A stretch of 64,000 nucleotides of DNA from Trueperaceae bacterium (lineage in GTDB: Bacteria; Deinococcota; Deinococci; Deinococcales; Trueperaceae). The position numbers were made by a program, and so were the translations under genes. Positions 1-9,475 of this stretch are shown piece by piece. The DNA lies in assembly GCA_034520945.1 (NCBI GenBank), contig JAXHNB010000006.1:544001-608000 (forward strand), read 5' to 3'. The notes below the pieces were generated by a model. It searched no databases. It was not told the origin of the DNA and worked only from the letters and a program-made list of their open reading frames with translations. The first letter of the stretch is position 1. Every line of letters begins with the position of its first letter.

Positions 1-29
1 TTGCTCTGCAGAAACGCCAGTGCGTTCAT
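1..29 (-). CDS. 5' end of a gene truncated by the window edge (MNALAFLQS...)
   Basis: Minus-strand ATG at 29, with a TAGACT -10 box (37-42) 7 nt upstream, as for other leaderless genes here. Confidence 0.45.
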
Positions 30-65
30 GGGCACGAGTCTAGCCCAGCGCGGGCGGGGCTCGCT

Positions 66-1550
66 TCACCCCCAGCCTGCGTCGTGAAGCGCCCGACGCG
101 CCTCCGACGCCTCGTCCCAGGGAAGCACCTCGTCCGCCCGCTCCAGCGTGGCCTCGTGCCCCTTGCCGGCCAGCAGCACCACGTCGCCGGGCCGCGCCAG
201 CGCCACGGCGGTGCGGATCGCCTCGCGCCGGTCGGGCACGACCCGCACGTCGTCGCCGGGCCGGCCCCCCGCCCCGCGCGCCCCCTCCACCATGGCGTCC
301 AGAATGTCCGCGACGGCTTCGCTGCGCGCGTCCTCTTCGGTCAGGACGACCACGTCCGCCCCCGCCACGGCCGCTGCGCCCAAGGGCCCGCGCTTGGCGG
401 GGTCGCGTTCGCCCGCGGCGCCGATCACCACGATGCGCCGCCCCTGCTGCGGCGCGACGGCCTCCAAGGCGCGCGCCAAGGCCGGCGCCGTGTGCGCGAA
501 GTCCACCACCACCGTGAACGGCTCGGCCTGCACGACCTGCATGCGGCCGGGCACGCCGGGAAACGTGGCCAGGCGGGCGGTGGCGTCCGGGAGCGGCACG
601 CCCTCCGCGTGCGCGACCGCCAGGGCCGCCAGCGCGTTCCAGGCGTTGAACCGCCCGACCAGCGGCACCGTCGCCTCGAGCGTCCGCCCGTTCGGGGCGG
701 CGATGCGGAGCTCCAAGCGGCCGGGCGGTTGGGCGACGCTCAGCAAGCGCCAGTCGGCGCGGGGGTCCTCGCCGAAGCTGACGTGCGTGTCGGCCGCGGC
801 CGCGAAGTCGGGGTAGTGCGGGTCGTCGCGATTCAGGACCGCCGCGCCGGCGCGACGGATCAGCGAGATCTTCGCGTCGCGGTAGGCCTCGAGGGTGCCG
901 TGGAAGTCGAGGTGCTCCGGCGCGAGGTTGGTCCACACCGCCCGGGCGTACTGCACCTCGTCCAGGCGGCCCAGGGCCAGCCCGTGCGAACTGGACTCCA
1001 GCACCACCCGCGCCATGCCGTGATCCACCGCGCGTGCCAGGAAGGCCTGCACCTCGCTGGCCTCCGGCGTGGTGAACCGCCCCTCGCCCGGCGCGTGCGT
1101 GCGGCCGAAGCGGGTCATGGCGCTGGAGGAGAGGGCGGCGGGCGCGGCCTCGTCGTCCAGCAGCCACCACATCAGCGCGGCGGTGGTGGTCTTGCCGTCC
1201 GTGCCGGTGACGCCCAGCACGCGGGTGCGCGTCGACGGGGCGCCATGGTAGGCGGCCGCGAGCCGCGCCACGGCCGCGCGGTCGTTCGGCACCGAGAGGT
1301 ACGGGACGCCCCCCAGGGGCAGGCTCCGGCCGTCCGGACGCGCCCCCACGATCAGGATGGCGCCGGCGGCCACGGCGTCTGCGGCGAAGCGGTGCGCGTC
1401 GACGCGCGCGCCGCGCCTGGCCACGAAGACCGCCCCGGGCACCACGCGCCGCGCGTCCTGCACCACGGTCGAGACCGGCACGTCCGGCAGCGCGTCCGCC
1501 TCCCCGGCCCGTTCCGGGTAGGCGCGGCGAACCAGGTCGGGCAGACGCAC
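66..1550 (-). CDS. murE: UDP-N-acetylmuramyl-tripeptide synthetase MurE
   Basis: GVTGTDGKTT P-loop, FTTPE, ESSSHGL, EHLDFHGT, GVPGRMQ, DFAHT, LLAGKGHE motifs. Confidence 0.93.
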   Translation of the reverse strand: MRLPDLVRRAYPERAGEADALPDVPVSTVVQDARRVVPGAVFVARRGARVDAHRFAADAVAAGAILIVGARPDGRSLPLGGVPYLSVPNDRAAVARLAAAYHGAPSTRTRVLGVTGTDGKTTTAALMWWLLDDEAAPAALSSSAMTRFGRTHAPGEGRFTTPEASEVQAFLARAVDHGMARVVLESSSHGLALGRLDEVQYARAVWTNLAPEHLDFHGTLEAYRDAKISLIRRAGAAVLNRDDPHYPDFAAAADTHVSFGEDPRADWRLLSVAQPPGRLELRIAAPNGRTLEATVPLVGRFNAWNALAALAVAHAEGVPLPDATARLATFPGVPGRMQVVQAEPFTVVVDFAHTAPALARALEAVAPQQGRRIVVIGAAGERDPAKRGPLGAAAVAGADVVVLTEEDARSEAVADILDAMVEGARGAGGRPGDDVRVVPDRREAIRTAVALARPGDVVLLAGKGHEATLERADEVLPWDEASEARRALHDAGWG

Positions 1551-1558
1551 GGCGCCGT

Positions 1559-2185
1559 TCAGGACCGCACCAGCGGCGGCACCAGTCCGTGCGGCTCCAG
1601 CAGCTCGAAGGTCCGCCGGCGGTCACGGTCGGAGCGCACGAAGTCGAGCTCGTCGGCGGGCAGCACCACCGTCCGCGACAGGTCGTACGACGCCACGAAG
1701 GCGTCGTACAGCTCGTTCAGGCGCGCCAGGTAGCTCTCGGCGATGTCGCTCTCGTAGGCGCGTCCGCGGAGGTCGATGCGCTCCTTGAGCGTCGACACCG
1801 ACGCGCGCAGGTAGACCAGCAGGTCCGGCGGGCGCAACGTGGCGGCGATCGCCTCGTACATGCGGCGGTAGGCGTCGTGGTCCCGGCCCGAGAGGATGCC
1901 TTCCTGCCACAGGTTGCGCGCGAACACGGCGGCGTCCTCGTAGACGGTGCGGTCTTGAATCACGCGCTCGCCCGGGTTGACCTGCCGGAGGTGCTGCCGC
2001 AGCCGCTCGGCCAGGAAGAACATTTGGGAGTGGAACGCCCACCGCTTCATGTCGCGGTAGAAGTCCGGCAGGTAGGGGTTGTCGTCCACGGCTTCGAAGA
2101 TCGGTTCCAGCGCGTAGCGGTCGGAGAGGATGCGGGTCAGGCTGCTCTTGCCGACCCCGATGTTCCCGGCGATGGCGACGTACAC
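1559..2185 (-). CDS. Deoxynucleoside kinase
   Basis: IAGNIGVGKSS P-loop, NPYLPDFY, QDRTVYED, PDLLVYL, RGRAYE lid. Confidence 0.9.
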   Translation of the reverse strand: MYVAIAGNIGVGKSSLTRILSDRYALEPIFEAVDDNPYLPDFYRDMKRWAFHSQMFFLAERLRQHLRQVNPGERVIQDRTVYEDAAVFARNLWQEGILSGRDHDAYRRMYEAIAATLRPPDLLVYLRASVSTLKERIDLRGRAYESDIAESYLARLNELYDAFVASYDLSRTVVLPADELDFVRSDRDRRRTFELLEPHGLVPPLVRS

Positions 2186-2195
2186 GGTTGGCTCC

Positions 2196-2798
2196 TCAGG
2201 CCACGCGGGCCAATTGCAGGACGTCGCCCAGCAGGGCGTCGCGGTCTTCGCCTCGTGACACGAAGTCCAGATCGCCCGCCTCGACGACGTGCATGCGGTG
2301 GGGGTAGTGGGCGAAGTAGGCGTCGTACGCCTCGCTCAAGCGCCGCAGGTACGTCTCGTCCATGTCGTGCTCGAAGGGGCGGCCACGCCGCGCGATCCGC
2401 TCCAGCAGCACGTCCGTGCCGGCACGCAGGTACACCACCAGGTCCGGCGTGGTCAGCTTCGGGCGCAGGTTCTGGTACAGGTCCTGGTACAACTCCCACT
2501 CGTCCCCTTCCAGGTTCAGTGACGCGAAGATCCAATCCTTGTCGAACAGGTAGTCGGTGACCGTGTGCCGCGTGAACAGCGCCCCCTGGTCCAGGTCCCG
2601 CACCTGCTTGAAGCGCGACAGGAGGAAGAACACCTGCACGTTGAACGCGAACCGGGCGGGGTCGCGGTAGAACGGGGCCAGGAACGGGTTCTCCTCCACC
2701 ACCTCCAGCACCAGCCGCGCCTCGATCTCCGCGGCGAGGATGCGGGCCAAGCTGGTCTTACCCACGCCGATGGGGCCTTCCACCACGATCCTCGACAC
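2196..2798 (-). CDS. Deoxynucleoside kinase (second paralogue, dgk-like)
   Basis: VEGPIGVGKTS, ENPFLAPFY, DYLFDKD, PDLVVYL, RRGRPFE. Confidence 0.9.
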   Translation of the reverse strand: MSRIVVEGPIGVGKTSLARILAAEIEARLVLEVVEENPFLAPFYRDPARFAFNVQVFFLLSRFKQVRDLDQGALFTRHTVTDYLFDKDWIFASLNLEGDEWELYQDLYQNLRPKLTTPDLVVYLRAGTDVLLERIARRGRPFEHDMDETYLRRLSEAYDAYFAHYPHRMHVVEAGDLDFVSRGEDRDALLGDVLQLARVA

Positions 2799-2880
2799 GT
2801 CACCACCCCTCAGCCCCCCGAGGATACCTCAGGGCCGGGAACGGGGGTTCTCGGCGCCTGTGCTAGACTCCTGGCAGCAC

Positions 2881-4353
2881 ATGGACAACGACCCTCCGAG
2901 TCGATCTCGGCCCCGTACCTTCCCCTTCGTCCTCGCACTGTTCGCACTCACCGCACCGCTGCTGGCGTTGGCGCAACCTGTGTCCGACGCCGCGGGCGGC
3001 GTGTCGGCCGCTCAGGTCGCGACGCTGGTCATCCTGCTGCTGCTCTCAGGTCTGATGTCCGGGTCCGAGACGGCGCTGACCGCGCTGGGCGAGTGGAAGA
3101 TCCGTCAGCTCCGCGAGGACGGCCTGGACCCGACCGGCGTGTTCGCGCTTCTCGAAATGCAGCCCACGCGCTTCATCACCACGCTGCTGATCGGCAACAA
3201 CCTCGTCAACATCGCCGCGACCGCGTTGGTGACGCAGATGTCGATCAATCTATCGCGGCAGTTGGGGTTCGCGGAATCGCTGGCCGTCGGCTATGCGACC
3301 GGGGTGATGACGCTCCTGGTGCTGATCTTCGGCGAGATCACGCCCAAGTCGATCGCCGTCCACAACGCCGTCGGGTTCAGCCGACTGGTGATCCGGCCCG
3401 TCTGGATGCTGTCGGTGGTGCTGTACCCGGTGGGGCGGTTCTTTGCCTGGATCACCACCTGGATCCTTCGCGGCCTGCGACTGGAGCCGACCGCCAGTCC
3501 GCTGATCACCGAGAACGAGCTGCGGTTGATGCTTCGCAGCGCCGAGGAGTCCGGCGTGATCGAAGCGCAGGAAGAGAAGATGATCAAGGGCATCATCGAC
3601 CTGGAGGAGACGGTGGTGCGCGAGGTGATGACCCCGCGCGTCGACGTGGTCGCCATCTCCGAGGACGCGCCGCTGGACCAGTTGCTGGACCTGGTGATCG
3701 AGCACGGCTTCAGCCGCCTGCCGGTGTACGCCGGCAGCATCGACGACGTGCACGGCCTGGTGTACGCCCGCGACCTGCTGCCGTTCCTGGGCCGGCCCGA
3801 CGCGATGGCGGAGACCCGGATCGGCGATCTGATGGGTCCCCCGCAGTACGTGCCGGAGACGCTCTCGGTCCTGAGCCTGCTTCGCGACATGCGCCTCCGC
3901 AAGCTGCACATGGCGGTCGTCGTGGACGAGTTCGGCGGCACCAGCGGCCTGATCACGCTCGAGGACATCATCGAGGAGATCACCGGCGAGATCTACGACG
4001 AGACCGACGAGGACGAGGGCGAGGACGTCGTCCTCGAGGACGACGGCTCGTACCTGGTCCAGGGCGCCGCGCACCTCGAGGAGGTCGCGGAGGTGCTACG
4101 GGTCACGTTCGAGGACGACGGCGAGTTCGACACGTTGGCCGGCTTCCTGATCAACGCGTTCGGGTACATCCCGCAGGTCGGCGAGTCGATCGACGTGCAA
4201 CACGTCAACTTCCAGGTCGTCGACGCGGACGAACGGCGCGTGCTGGGCGTTCGGGCCGTGCTGCACGACGCCGACGCCTTCGAATCGCACACCGCAGCGA
4301 GCGACGAGTCGGACGAGCGCATCCCAGGCGGCGCCCGGTACGGTCCCGAGTAG
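2881..4353 (+). CDS. HlyC/CorC (CNNM-CBS-CorC) family Mg2+/Co2+ transporter
   Basis: SGSETAL, LIGNNLVN, FGEITPK (CNNM domain); VMTPR, HGFSRLPVY, VVDEFGGTSGLITLEDIIEEI (CBS pair); TLAGF (CorC_HlyC). ATG 2881 follows TGcTAGACT. Confidence 0.9.
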   Translation: MDNDPPSRSRPRTFPFVLALFALTAPLLALAQPVSDAAGGVSAAQVATLVILLLLSGLMSGSETALTALGEWKIRQLREDGLDPTGVFALLEMQPTRFITTLLIGNNLVNIAATALVTQMSINLSRQLGFAESLAVGYATGVMTLLVLIFGEITPKSIAVHNAVGFSRLVIRPVWMLSVVLYPVGRFFAWITTWILRGLRLEPTASPLITENELRLMLRSAEESGVIEAQEEKMIKGIIDLEETVVREVMTPRVDVVAISEDAPLDQLLDLVIEHGFSRLPVYAGSIDDVHGLVYARDLLPFLGRPDAMAETRIGDLMGPPQYVPETLSVLSLLRDMRLRKLHMAVVVDEFGGTSGLITLEDIIEEITGEIYDETDEDEGEDVVLEDDGSYLVQGAAHLEEVAEVLRVTFEDDGEFDTLAGFLINAFGYIPQVGESIDVQHVNFQVVDADERRVLGVRAVLHDADAFESHTAASDESDERIPGGARYGPE

Positions 4354-4374
4354 GGCTCGTCTTTAGGGCGGTCG

Positions 4375-5517
4375 TCAGCCCGCCGCGTCGCTACGGCGCA
4401 GGTGGTAGCGCCGCGCCACGCGCGGCGCGACGTGGGTCAGCAGTTCGTACGAGATGGTGCCGATGCGCTCGGCCAGCGCGTCCGCGCCCGGGCCGTGCCC
4501 TCCCCACACGTCGACGCGGTCGCCGACCTCCACGTCCGCGCTCCCGACGTCGATCATGGTCTGGTCCATGCACACCCGGCCCACCACCCGCGCGCGACGT
4601 CCGTCCGGCAGCCCGACCTCGCCCAGGTTGGACAGCGCCCGCGGATAGCCGTCGCCGTACCCGATGCGAAGCGTGGCGATCGTCGTCGCTTGCGGCGCGC
4701 GCCAGGCGTGGCCGTACGACACGGCCTCGCCGGCCTGAACGCGCTTTGTGAACACCACCGGCGCCCGCAGGCGCAGGACGGGCTCCAACGGCCCCTCCGG
4801 CCCGGGCGCGTACGTCACCGGCGGGTAGCCGTACACCGCGATGCCGGGCCGAACCATGTCGAGATGGGTCGCCGGGTGCGCCAGCAGGGCGGCGCTGTTG
4901 GCCGCGTGCCGGATGCGCGGACGAATGCCCTCGGCGGCCAGGCGCGCCAGCACCGCCTCGAAGGTGCGGCGCTGCCCCTCGGTGGCGTCCGAGGCAAGCT
5001 CGTCCGCGCGGGCGAAGTGCGTCCACACCCCCGCGAGCTCCGCGGTCGGTTCCAGCGCCACCGCCCGCGCCAGCGCCACGGCCGCCTCCGGCCGGCATCC
5101 CAGCCGGCCCATGCCGGTGTCGACCTTGAGGTGCAGCTGCACGGGCACGTCGTCCTCGGCGGCGTCGACGGCGCGGCGAAGGTCGTTCTCATCGGTCAGC
5201 GTCAGATCGATGCCGGCCCGGACCAACCGCCGCAGCGGGGGGCCGTACACCGGCCCGAACGCCAGGATGCGCGCGTCGATCCCTGCGCGTCGCAACGCCA
5301 ACGCCTCGTCCGGGGTGGCGACGCCCAGGGCCTCCACGCCGGCCCGGACCAGCGTGCGGGCGACCGGCACGAGCCCGTGCCCGTACGCGTCCGCCTTTAC
5401 CGCCACCAGCATCGCCGCGCCCTCCGCGAGGTGGGCCCGCAGACGCCGCACGTTGCGCCTCAGCGCATCCAGGTCCACCTCGGCCACGGGCACGGGGGCG
5501 CGGGGTTCGTCCATCAC
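4375..5517 (-). CDS. alr: Alanine racemase
   Basis: VKADAYGHG PLP lysine, HLKVDTGMGRLG, HAANSA, RPGIAVYG, GYGDG, GRVCMDQ, TISYE. Confidence 0.95.
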   Translation of the reverse strand: MMDEPRAPVPVAEVDLDALRRNVRRLRAHLAEGAAMLVAVKADAYGHGLVPVARTLVRAGVEALGVATPDEALALRRAGIDARILAFGPVYGPPLRRLVRAGIDLTLTDENDLRRAVDAAEDDVPVQLHLKVDTGMGRLGCRPEAAVALARAVALEPTAELAGVWTHFARADELASDATEGQRRTFEAVLARLAAEGIRPRIRHAANSAALLAHPATHLDMVRPGIAVYGYPPVTYAPGPEGPLEPVLRLRAPVVFTKRVQAGEAVSYGHAWRAPQATTIATLRIGYGDGYPRALSNLGEVGLPDGRRARVVGRVCMDQTMIDVGSADVEVGDRVDVWGGHGPGADALAERIGTISYELLTHVAPRVARRYHLRRSDAAG

Positions 5518-5521
5518 CTGC

Positions 5522-6733
5522 CTACCCGCCCTTGCTGACGTCGGCCCGCCGCTCGAGCCAGTGCAGCAGGCTGGAGGCGCTGAGCGTCAGAGCGATGTAG
5601 ATCACGGCCGCGCTGTTGTACGGCGGGAACAGATTCAGGGTGGCCGCGCCGAACTCGCGCGCCTTTTGCGTCACGTCCCCCACGCCGATCACCGACAGCA
5701 GCGCGGTGTCCTTCAACATGGCGATGAACTCGTTGCCGAGCGGGGGCAGCACGATGCGGATCGCCTGCGGTAGCACCACGAAGCGGGCGGTCTGCATCCC
5801 GTCGAGCCCCAGGCTGCGGGCGGCCTCCACCTGTCCGCGCGGGATCGCTTCGATGCCGGCACGAAAGATCTCGGCCATGTAGGCGGCGTAGCCGATCGCA
5901 ATGGCCAGCACCCCCCGCAACAGGTCGCTCTGGATCACGATACGCCCGCCGGTGAGGTCGCGGACCGCCCCCGGGATCACGAAGCCGATGAACAGGATCA
6001 CCACCAGCATCGGAACGCCGCGGATCAGGTCGACGTACAGCTCGGCGAACACGGACAGCGGGTGCTCGCGGCTCTGCTGCGCGGCGAACGCCAGCAACGC
6101 CAGCAGGAACCCCAGCGCCAGCGCCAGCATCGCGGGGTTGCGTGCCGAATCGGGCAGAAAGGTGACGCGCCATCGCTCCTCCAGCTCGGGTGGAATCTCC
6201 TCGCCCGGAAGGAACACCGCCCCCACGCGGCCCTCCTCCAGGTAGCCAAGCGCCGCCCCCGCATCCAGGGCGCTGACGAAGCTGCGCCCCTCGGCCCCCT
6301 CTGCGTAGCTTCCCTCCTTGAGGACGTCGACCAGGCGCGTCGGCGTGCCGCGAAGGATGGCCACCCGCCCTTCGGTGCCACCGGCGAGCACCAGCTCCTC
6401 GGTAGGGAACGTCAACGTCGCGCCGCCGCCCACGGCCAGGACGGCGGCGGCGGCGTAGAAGCCCGGAACCGTCCACCTGCCCAGGGGGACCAACATCATG
6501 CCCGCCAACGCCAACCCGAGCACCGAGGCCAAGGCGTAGCCCAGGACCGTGACCGAGATGGTGTAGTTCAGGCCCGGCAGCAGGAAGCGAAGGGCGCGTT
6601 GGTAGTCGGGGTCCTGGGTGTACAGCAGGATCAGCAACGGGAGGAGCGCCAACAGCACCAGGTAGCTGGGCTTGATGCGGCCCAGCCGGCCTTTGCGCAC
6701 CTTGGCGTGGGGGTTGGGGCGACCCATGGTCAC
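5522..6733 (-). CDS. Polar amino-acid ABC transporter permease with an inserted soluble domain
   Basis: YVDLIRGVP, AYMAEIFRAGIEAIPRGQVEAARSLG (EAA loop), PQAIRIVLPPLGNEFIAMLKDTAL. Confidence 0.9.
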   Translation of the reverse strand: MTMGRPNPHAKVRKGRLGRIKPSYLVLLALLPLLILLYTQDPDYQRALRFLLPGLNYTISVTVLGYALASVLGLALAGMMLVPLGRWTVPGFYAAAAVLAVGGGATLTFPTEELVLAGGTEGRVAILRGTPTRLVDVLKEGSYAEGAEGRSFVSALDAGAALGYLEEGRVGAVFLPGEEIPPELEERWRVTFLPDSARNPAMLALALGFLLALLAFAAQQSREHPLSVFAELYVDLIRGVPMLVVILFIGFVIPGAVRDLTGGRIVIQSDLLRGVLAIAIGYAAYMAEIFRAGIEAIPRGQVEAARSLGLDGMQTARFVVLPQAIRIVLPPLGNEFIAMLKDTALLSVIGVGDVTQKAREFGAATLNLFPPYNSAAVIYIALTLSASSLLHWLERRADVSKGG

Positions 6734-6753
6734 CTCCCGGAAGGCATGCGAAG

Positions 6754-6780
6754 CGGGGGCCGGGCTCGGCCCGGCCCCCG
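6754..6780. terminator. Intercistronic 12-bp perfect hairpin between SBP and permease genes (mRNA stabiliser or partial terminator)
   Basis: cgggggccgggc-tcg-gcccggcccccg; no U-tract. Confidence 0.5.
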
Positions 6781-6822
6781 GTGGGACGACGCGGTGTCAC
6801 CGCGCCGCGCGGCGCGGCCGGG

Positions 6823-7572
6823 TCACTCCTCGGGTCCGAACCATTTCGCGACCAGATCGTCGAGGGTGCCGTCCTCGCGGATTTCGGCGAGCCCTTCGTC
6901 GAAGTCGAACACCAGCGGGTCGCCCTCCTGGAACACCAGGCCGAGGGGGTCGCTGGTCAGTCCGCGAATGCCGACCACCAGGTCGCCGGCGTGCTGTTGC
7001 GCGAAGGCGTCCGCGGTCACCCCGTCGATGATGACCCCGTCCACGTCGCCGTTCAGGAGGGCCTGCACGGCCGAGTTGAAGGTGTCGTACAGGCGGAGCC
7101 GGTCCTGGCCGACCAGTTCTTCGCCGAGCTGGGCGTTGGTGGTGCCCAGCTGCGCACCGAGCACCAGATCGGCGTCGTCGGCGGTGAAGTCCGCTTCGGT
7201 GAGGCCCTCGTCCTCGACGCGCATGGTGATGGCCTGCGACACCACGAGGTAGGGGTCGCTGAAGTCGACGATCTCGTCCCGTTCGGGGGTGATGGACACG
7301 CCCGAGGCGACCATGTCGAACTGGCCCTCCGCCAGGGCGGGGAAGATCCCGTCCCAGGCCGTGGTCACGAACTCCGCTTCACAATCGATGCGTTCGCAGA
7401 TGGCGTTCACGACGTCGACGTCGAAGCCGACGATGTCGCCGTCCTGGTTCACGGTCTCGAACGGCGGGTAGGTGGTGTCGCTGCCGACGCGCAGGGTGCG
7501 GCCGCCTAGGTCGGCCTGGGCGAAGGACACTCCGAGCAGGAGCACGATAAGGAGGAGGAACGGACGCTTCAT
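6823..7572 (-). CDS. Basic/polar amino-acid ABC transporter substrate-binding protein (SBP_bac_3)
   Basis: Signal peptide MKRPFLLLIVLLLGVSFAQA, YPPFE, GFDVD, WDGIFPAL, ITPER, DFSDPY; SD AAGGAAGG upstream. Confidence 0.92.
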   Translation of the reverse strand: MKRPFLLLIVLLLGVSFAQADLGGRTLRVGSDTTYPPFETVNQDGDIVGFDVDVVNAICERIDCEAEFVTTAWDGIFPALAEGQFDMVASGVSITPERDEIVDFSDPYLVVSQAITMRVEDEGLTEADFTADDADLVLGAQLGTTNAQLGEELVGQDRLRLYDTFNSAVQALLNGDVDGVIIDGVTADAFAQQHAGDLVVGIRGLTSDPLGLVFQEGDPLVFDFDEGLAEIREDGTLDDLVAKWFGPEE

Positions 7573-7644
7573 GGGGCCTTCCTTTCTGTGCTGGATCCGC
7601 GTGGGTACTTCGTGGGGTCGGCGTCCCGCCATGCGTGCGGGGCG

Positions 7645-7658
7645 TGCATGAAGATACC
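7645..7658 (-). promoter_or_regulatory. Candidate ARG-box-like operator overlapping a TATCTT -10 element
   Basis: TGCATGAAGATACC resembles TGCAT-N4-ATnCA; lies upstream of the amino-acid ABC operon. Confidence 0.3.
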
Positions 7659-7957
7659 CCGCCGCGCACGCGCCGGGCAAGGCGGGGGGCTGGGCGCGTC
7701 GGTGTGGTTCGGAACTTCTCGGCGGGTGCGCGCGCAACGCATACGGCCTGCATACGACGAATCGGTGGAAGGGCAGGCGTGGAAAGCGTCGGACACGAGG
7801 ATCGTCGCGCCCCATGCGGGAACGCCGCGACTGGGATCGCCAGATGGGTGCGCCGGAGGTGGCACATCTCGCGGCGGTTTCGCGCGCGACGCCGCAGGGC
7901 GCCGACGACGGCGTCACACACCTGCACGGCGTCGTTGCGGCGCCGGCCGGGCCGTCA

Positions 7958-9394
7958 TCAACGTGACGATCCGGCGGCGCGTTCTCCGCGAAGGTCCCAT
8001 AGGCACAGGATCAACGCCAAGGCGATCAGCACCAACACCAGGCGCATCATGTCCTGCAGGCCGCCGACCTGCGCCGTGATGGGGGCGGCCTGCGCCTGCG
8101 CACCCACCTCGGCCGCCGCCCGCACGGCGGTGCGGGCGGCCCAGACGCTGCCGAGCACGGCGATGCCGGTGGTCTGGCCCAGGGCGCGTGTGAGGCCCAG
8201 CAGGCCGCCGGCCACCCCAGAGCGGCCCTGGGGCGCAGCGCCCATGATGGCGCTGTTGTTGGGGGTCTGAAAGGTGCCCATCCCCAGTCCCACCAGCACG
8301 AAGCGCAGCACGAATCCCAGCGCCGTGGTGTCCTGGTCGAGGGTCGCGACCAGGGCGAACCCCGCCAGCGCCAGCGTCAGCCCGATCACGGTGATGGGGC
8401 GCTCGCCGTAGCGGTCGGCCAACGTGCCGGCCACGGGCGCGATGATGACCAACAAGATGGGCGTCACCGACATCAACAGGCCGACGGTGCGGGGTGGGAA
8501 GCCGAGCACGTTCTCGAGGTAGAACGGCATCACGAAGATCGTGCCCATGATCGACACGAAGACGGTGACGCCCGCCACCAGGCCCACCGTGAGCCGGCGG
8601 TTCCCGAACATGCGCAGGTCCACCACCGGCGCCGTCGCGCGTCGCTCGATGGCCGTGAACCCGGCGAGGGCCAGCGCGCTGGCGGCGAACAACGCCAGGA
8701 TGACCGGGTCGGCGAAGCCCCGCCCTTGGCCCAAGGTGAGGGCCAGGCTCAACGCGGCCAGGGCAGAGGACAGTGTCGCGGCGCCGGCCAGGTCGAACGG
8801 GAGCGGCGCTGCGGGCGCGTATCGAGGCACGAAGCGGTGCCCCAGCAGGAAGCCGGCGGCGGCGACGGGCACTCCGAACAAGAACACCCACGGCCAGCCG
8901 ACCTCCACCAGGAATCCGCCCAGGGTCGGGCCCAGGACGATCCCGACCGACAGGACGGCACCGTTCACGCCGATCGCCCGGCCGCGCTCACCGGCGGGGA
9001 ACACGTCGGCGATGATCGCCAACCCCAAGGCGGTCAGGACCGCGGAGGCGGCGCCCTGCACCGTTCGGAACATGATGAGTGACACCACCCCAGGGGCCAG
9101 GGCGCACAGGAGCGACCCGACCCCGAAGGTGGCGAACCCGCCGAGGAACAGCGTGCGCTTGCCGAACATGTCGGCCAGCCGGCCGGCGATCGGCAGCAGC
9201 GAGGCGGTGGCCAGCAGGTAGGAGAGCACCACCCACTGCACCAGCGCGAACGGCGCGTCGAAGGCGGTCACCAACGTGGGGAGCGCGACGTTGACGCTGG
9301 TCGCCATCACCGTGGAGGTGAACGCGCCCAGCGTGGCGCTGGCCAGCACGTACGCGCGTGCACGAGGGTGGTCGCGGACCTCCTCGAACGTCAC
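7958..9394 (-). CDS. MFS transporter, DHA2 (EmrB/QacA-like, 14 TM)
   Basis: VNVALP, GRLADMFGKR motif A, GPTLGG, PFDLAG, FQTPNNS. Confidence 0.9.
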   Translation of the reverse strand: MTFEEVRDHPRARAYVLASATLGAFTSTVMATSVNVALPTLVTAFDAPFALVQWVVLSYLLATASLLPIAGRLADMFGKRTLFLGGFATFGVGSLLCALAPGVVSLIMFRTVQGAASAVLTALGLAIIADVFPAGERGRAIGVNGAVLSVGIVLGPTLGGFLVEVGWPWVFLFGVPVAAAGFLLGHRFVPRYAPAAPLPFDLAGAATLSSALAALSLALTLGQGRGFADPVILALFAASALALAGFTAIERRATAPVVDLRMFGNRRLTVGLVAGVTVFVSIMGTIFVMPFYLENVLGFPPRTVGLLMSVTPILLVIIAPVAGTLADRYGERPITVIGLTLALAGFALVATLDQDTTALGFVLRFVLVGLGMGTFQTPNNSAIMGAAPQGRSGVAGGLLGLTRALGQTTGIAVLGSVWAARTAVRAAAEVGAQAQAAPITAQVGGLQDMMRLVLVLIALALILCLWDLRGERAAGSSR

Positions 9395-9475
9395 GCCCTA
9401 TCCAACCACGACGTGGGCCCGACCCCCCCGAGGGGCGCCGGGCCCGTGCGCGCGCTGCAAGCGTTCAGCGCTGGA

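Noticed and set aside
1559..2798. Tandem deoxynucleoside kinases as a possible nucleotide-depleting defence system
   Set aside because: Paired dck/dgk-type kinases are an ordinary salvage arrangement, here coupled to murE in a housekeeping context.
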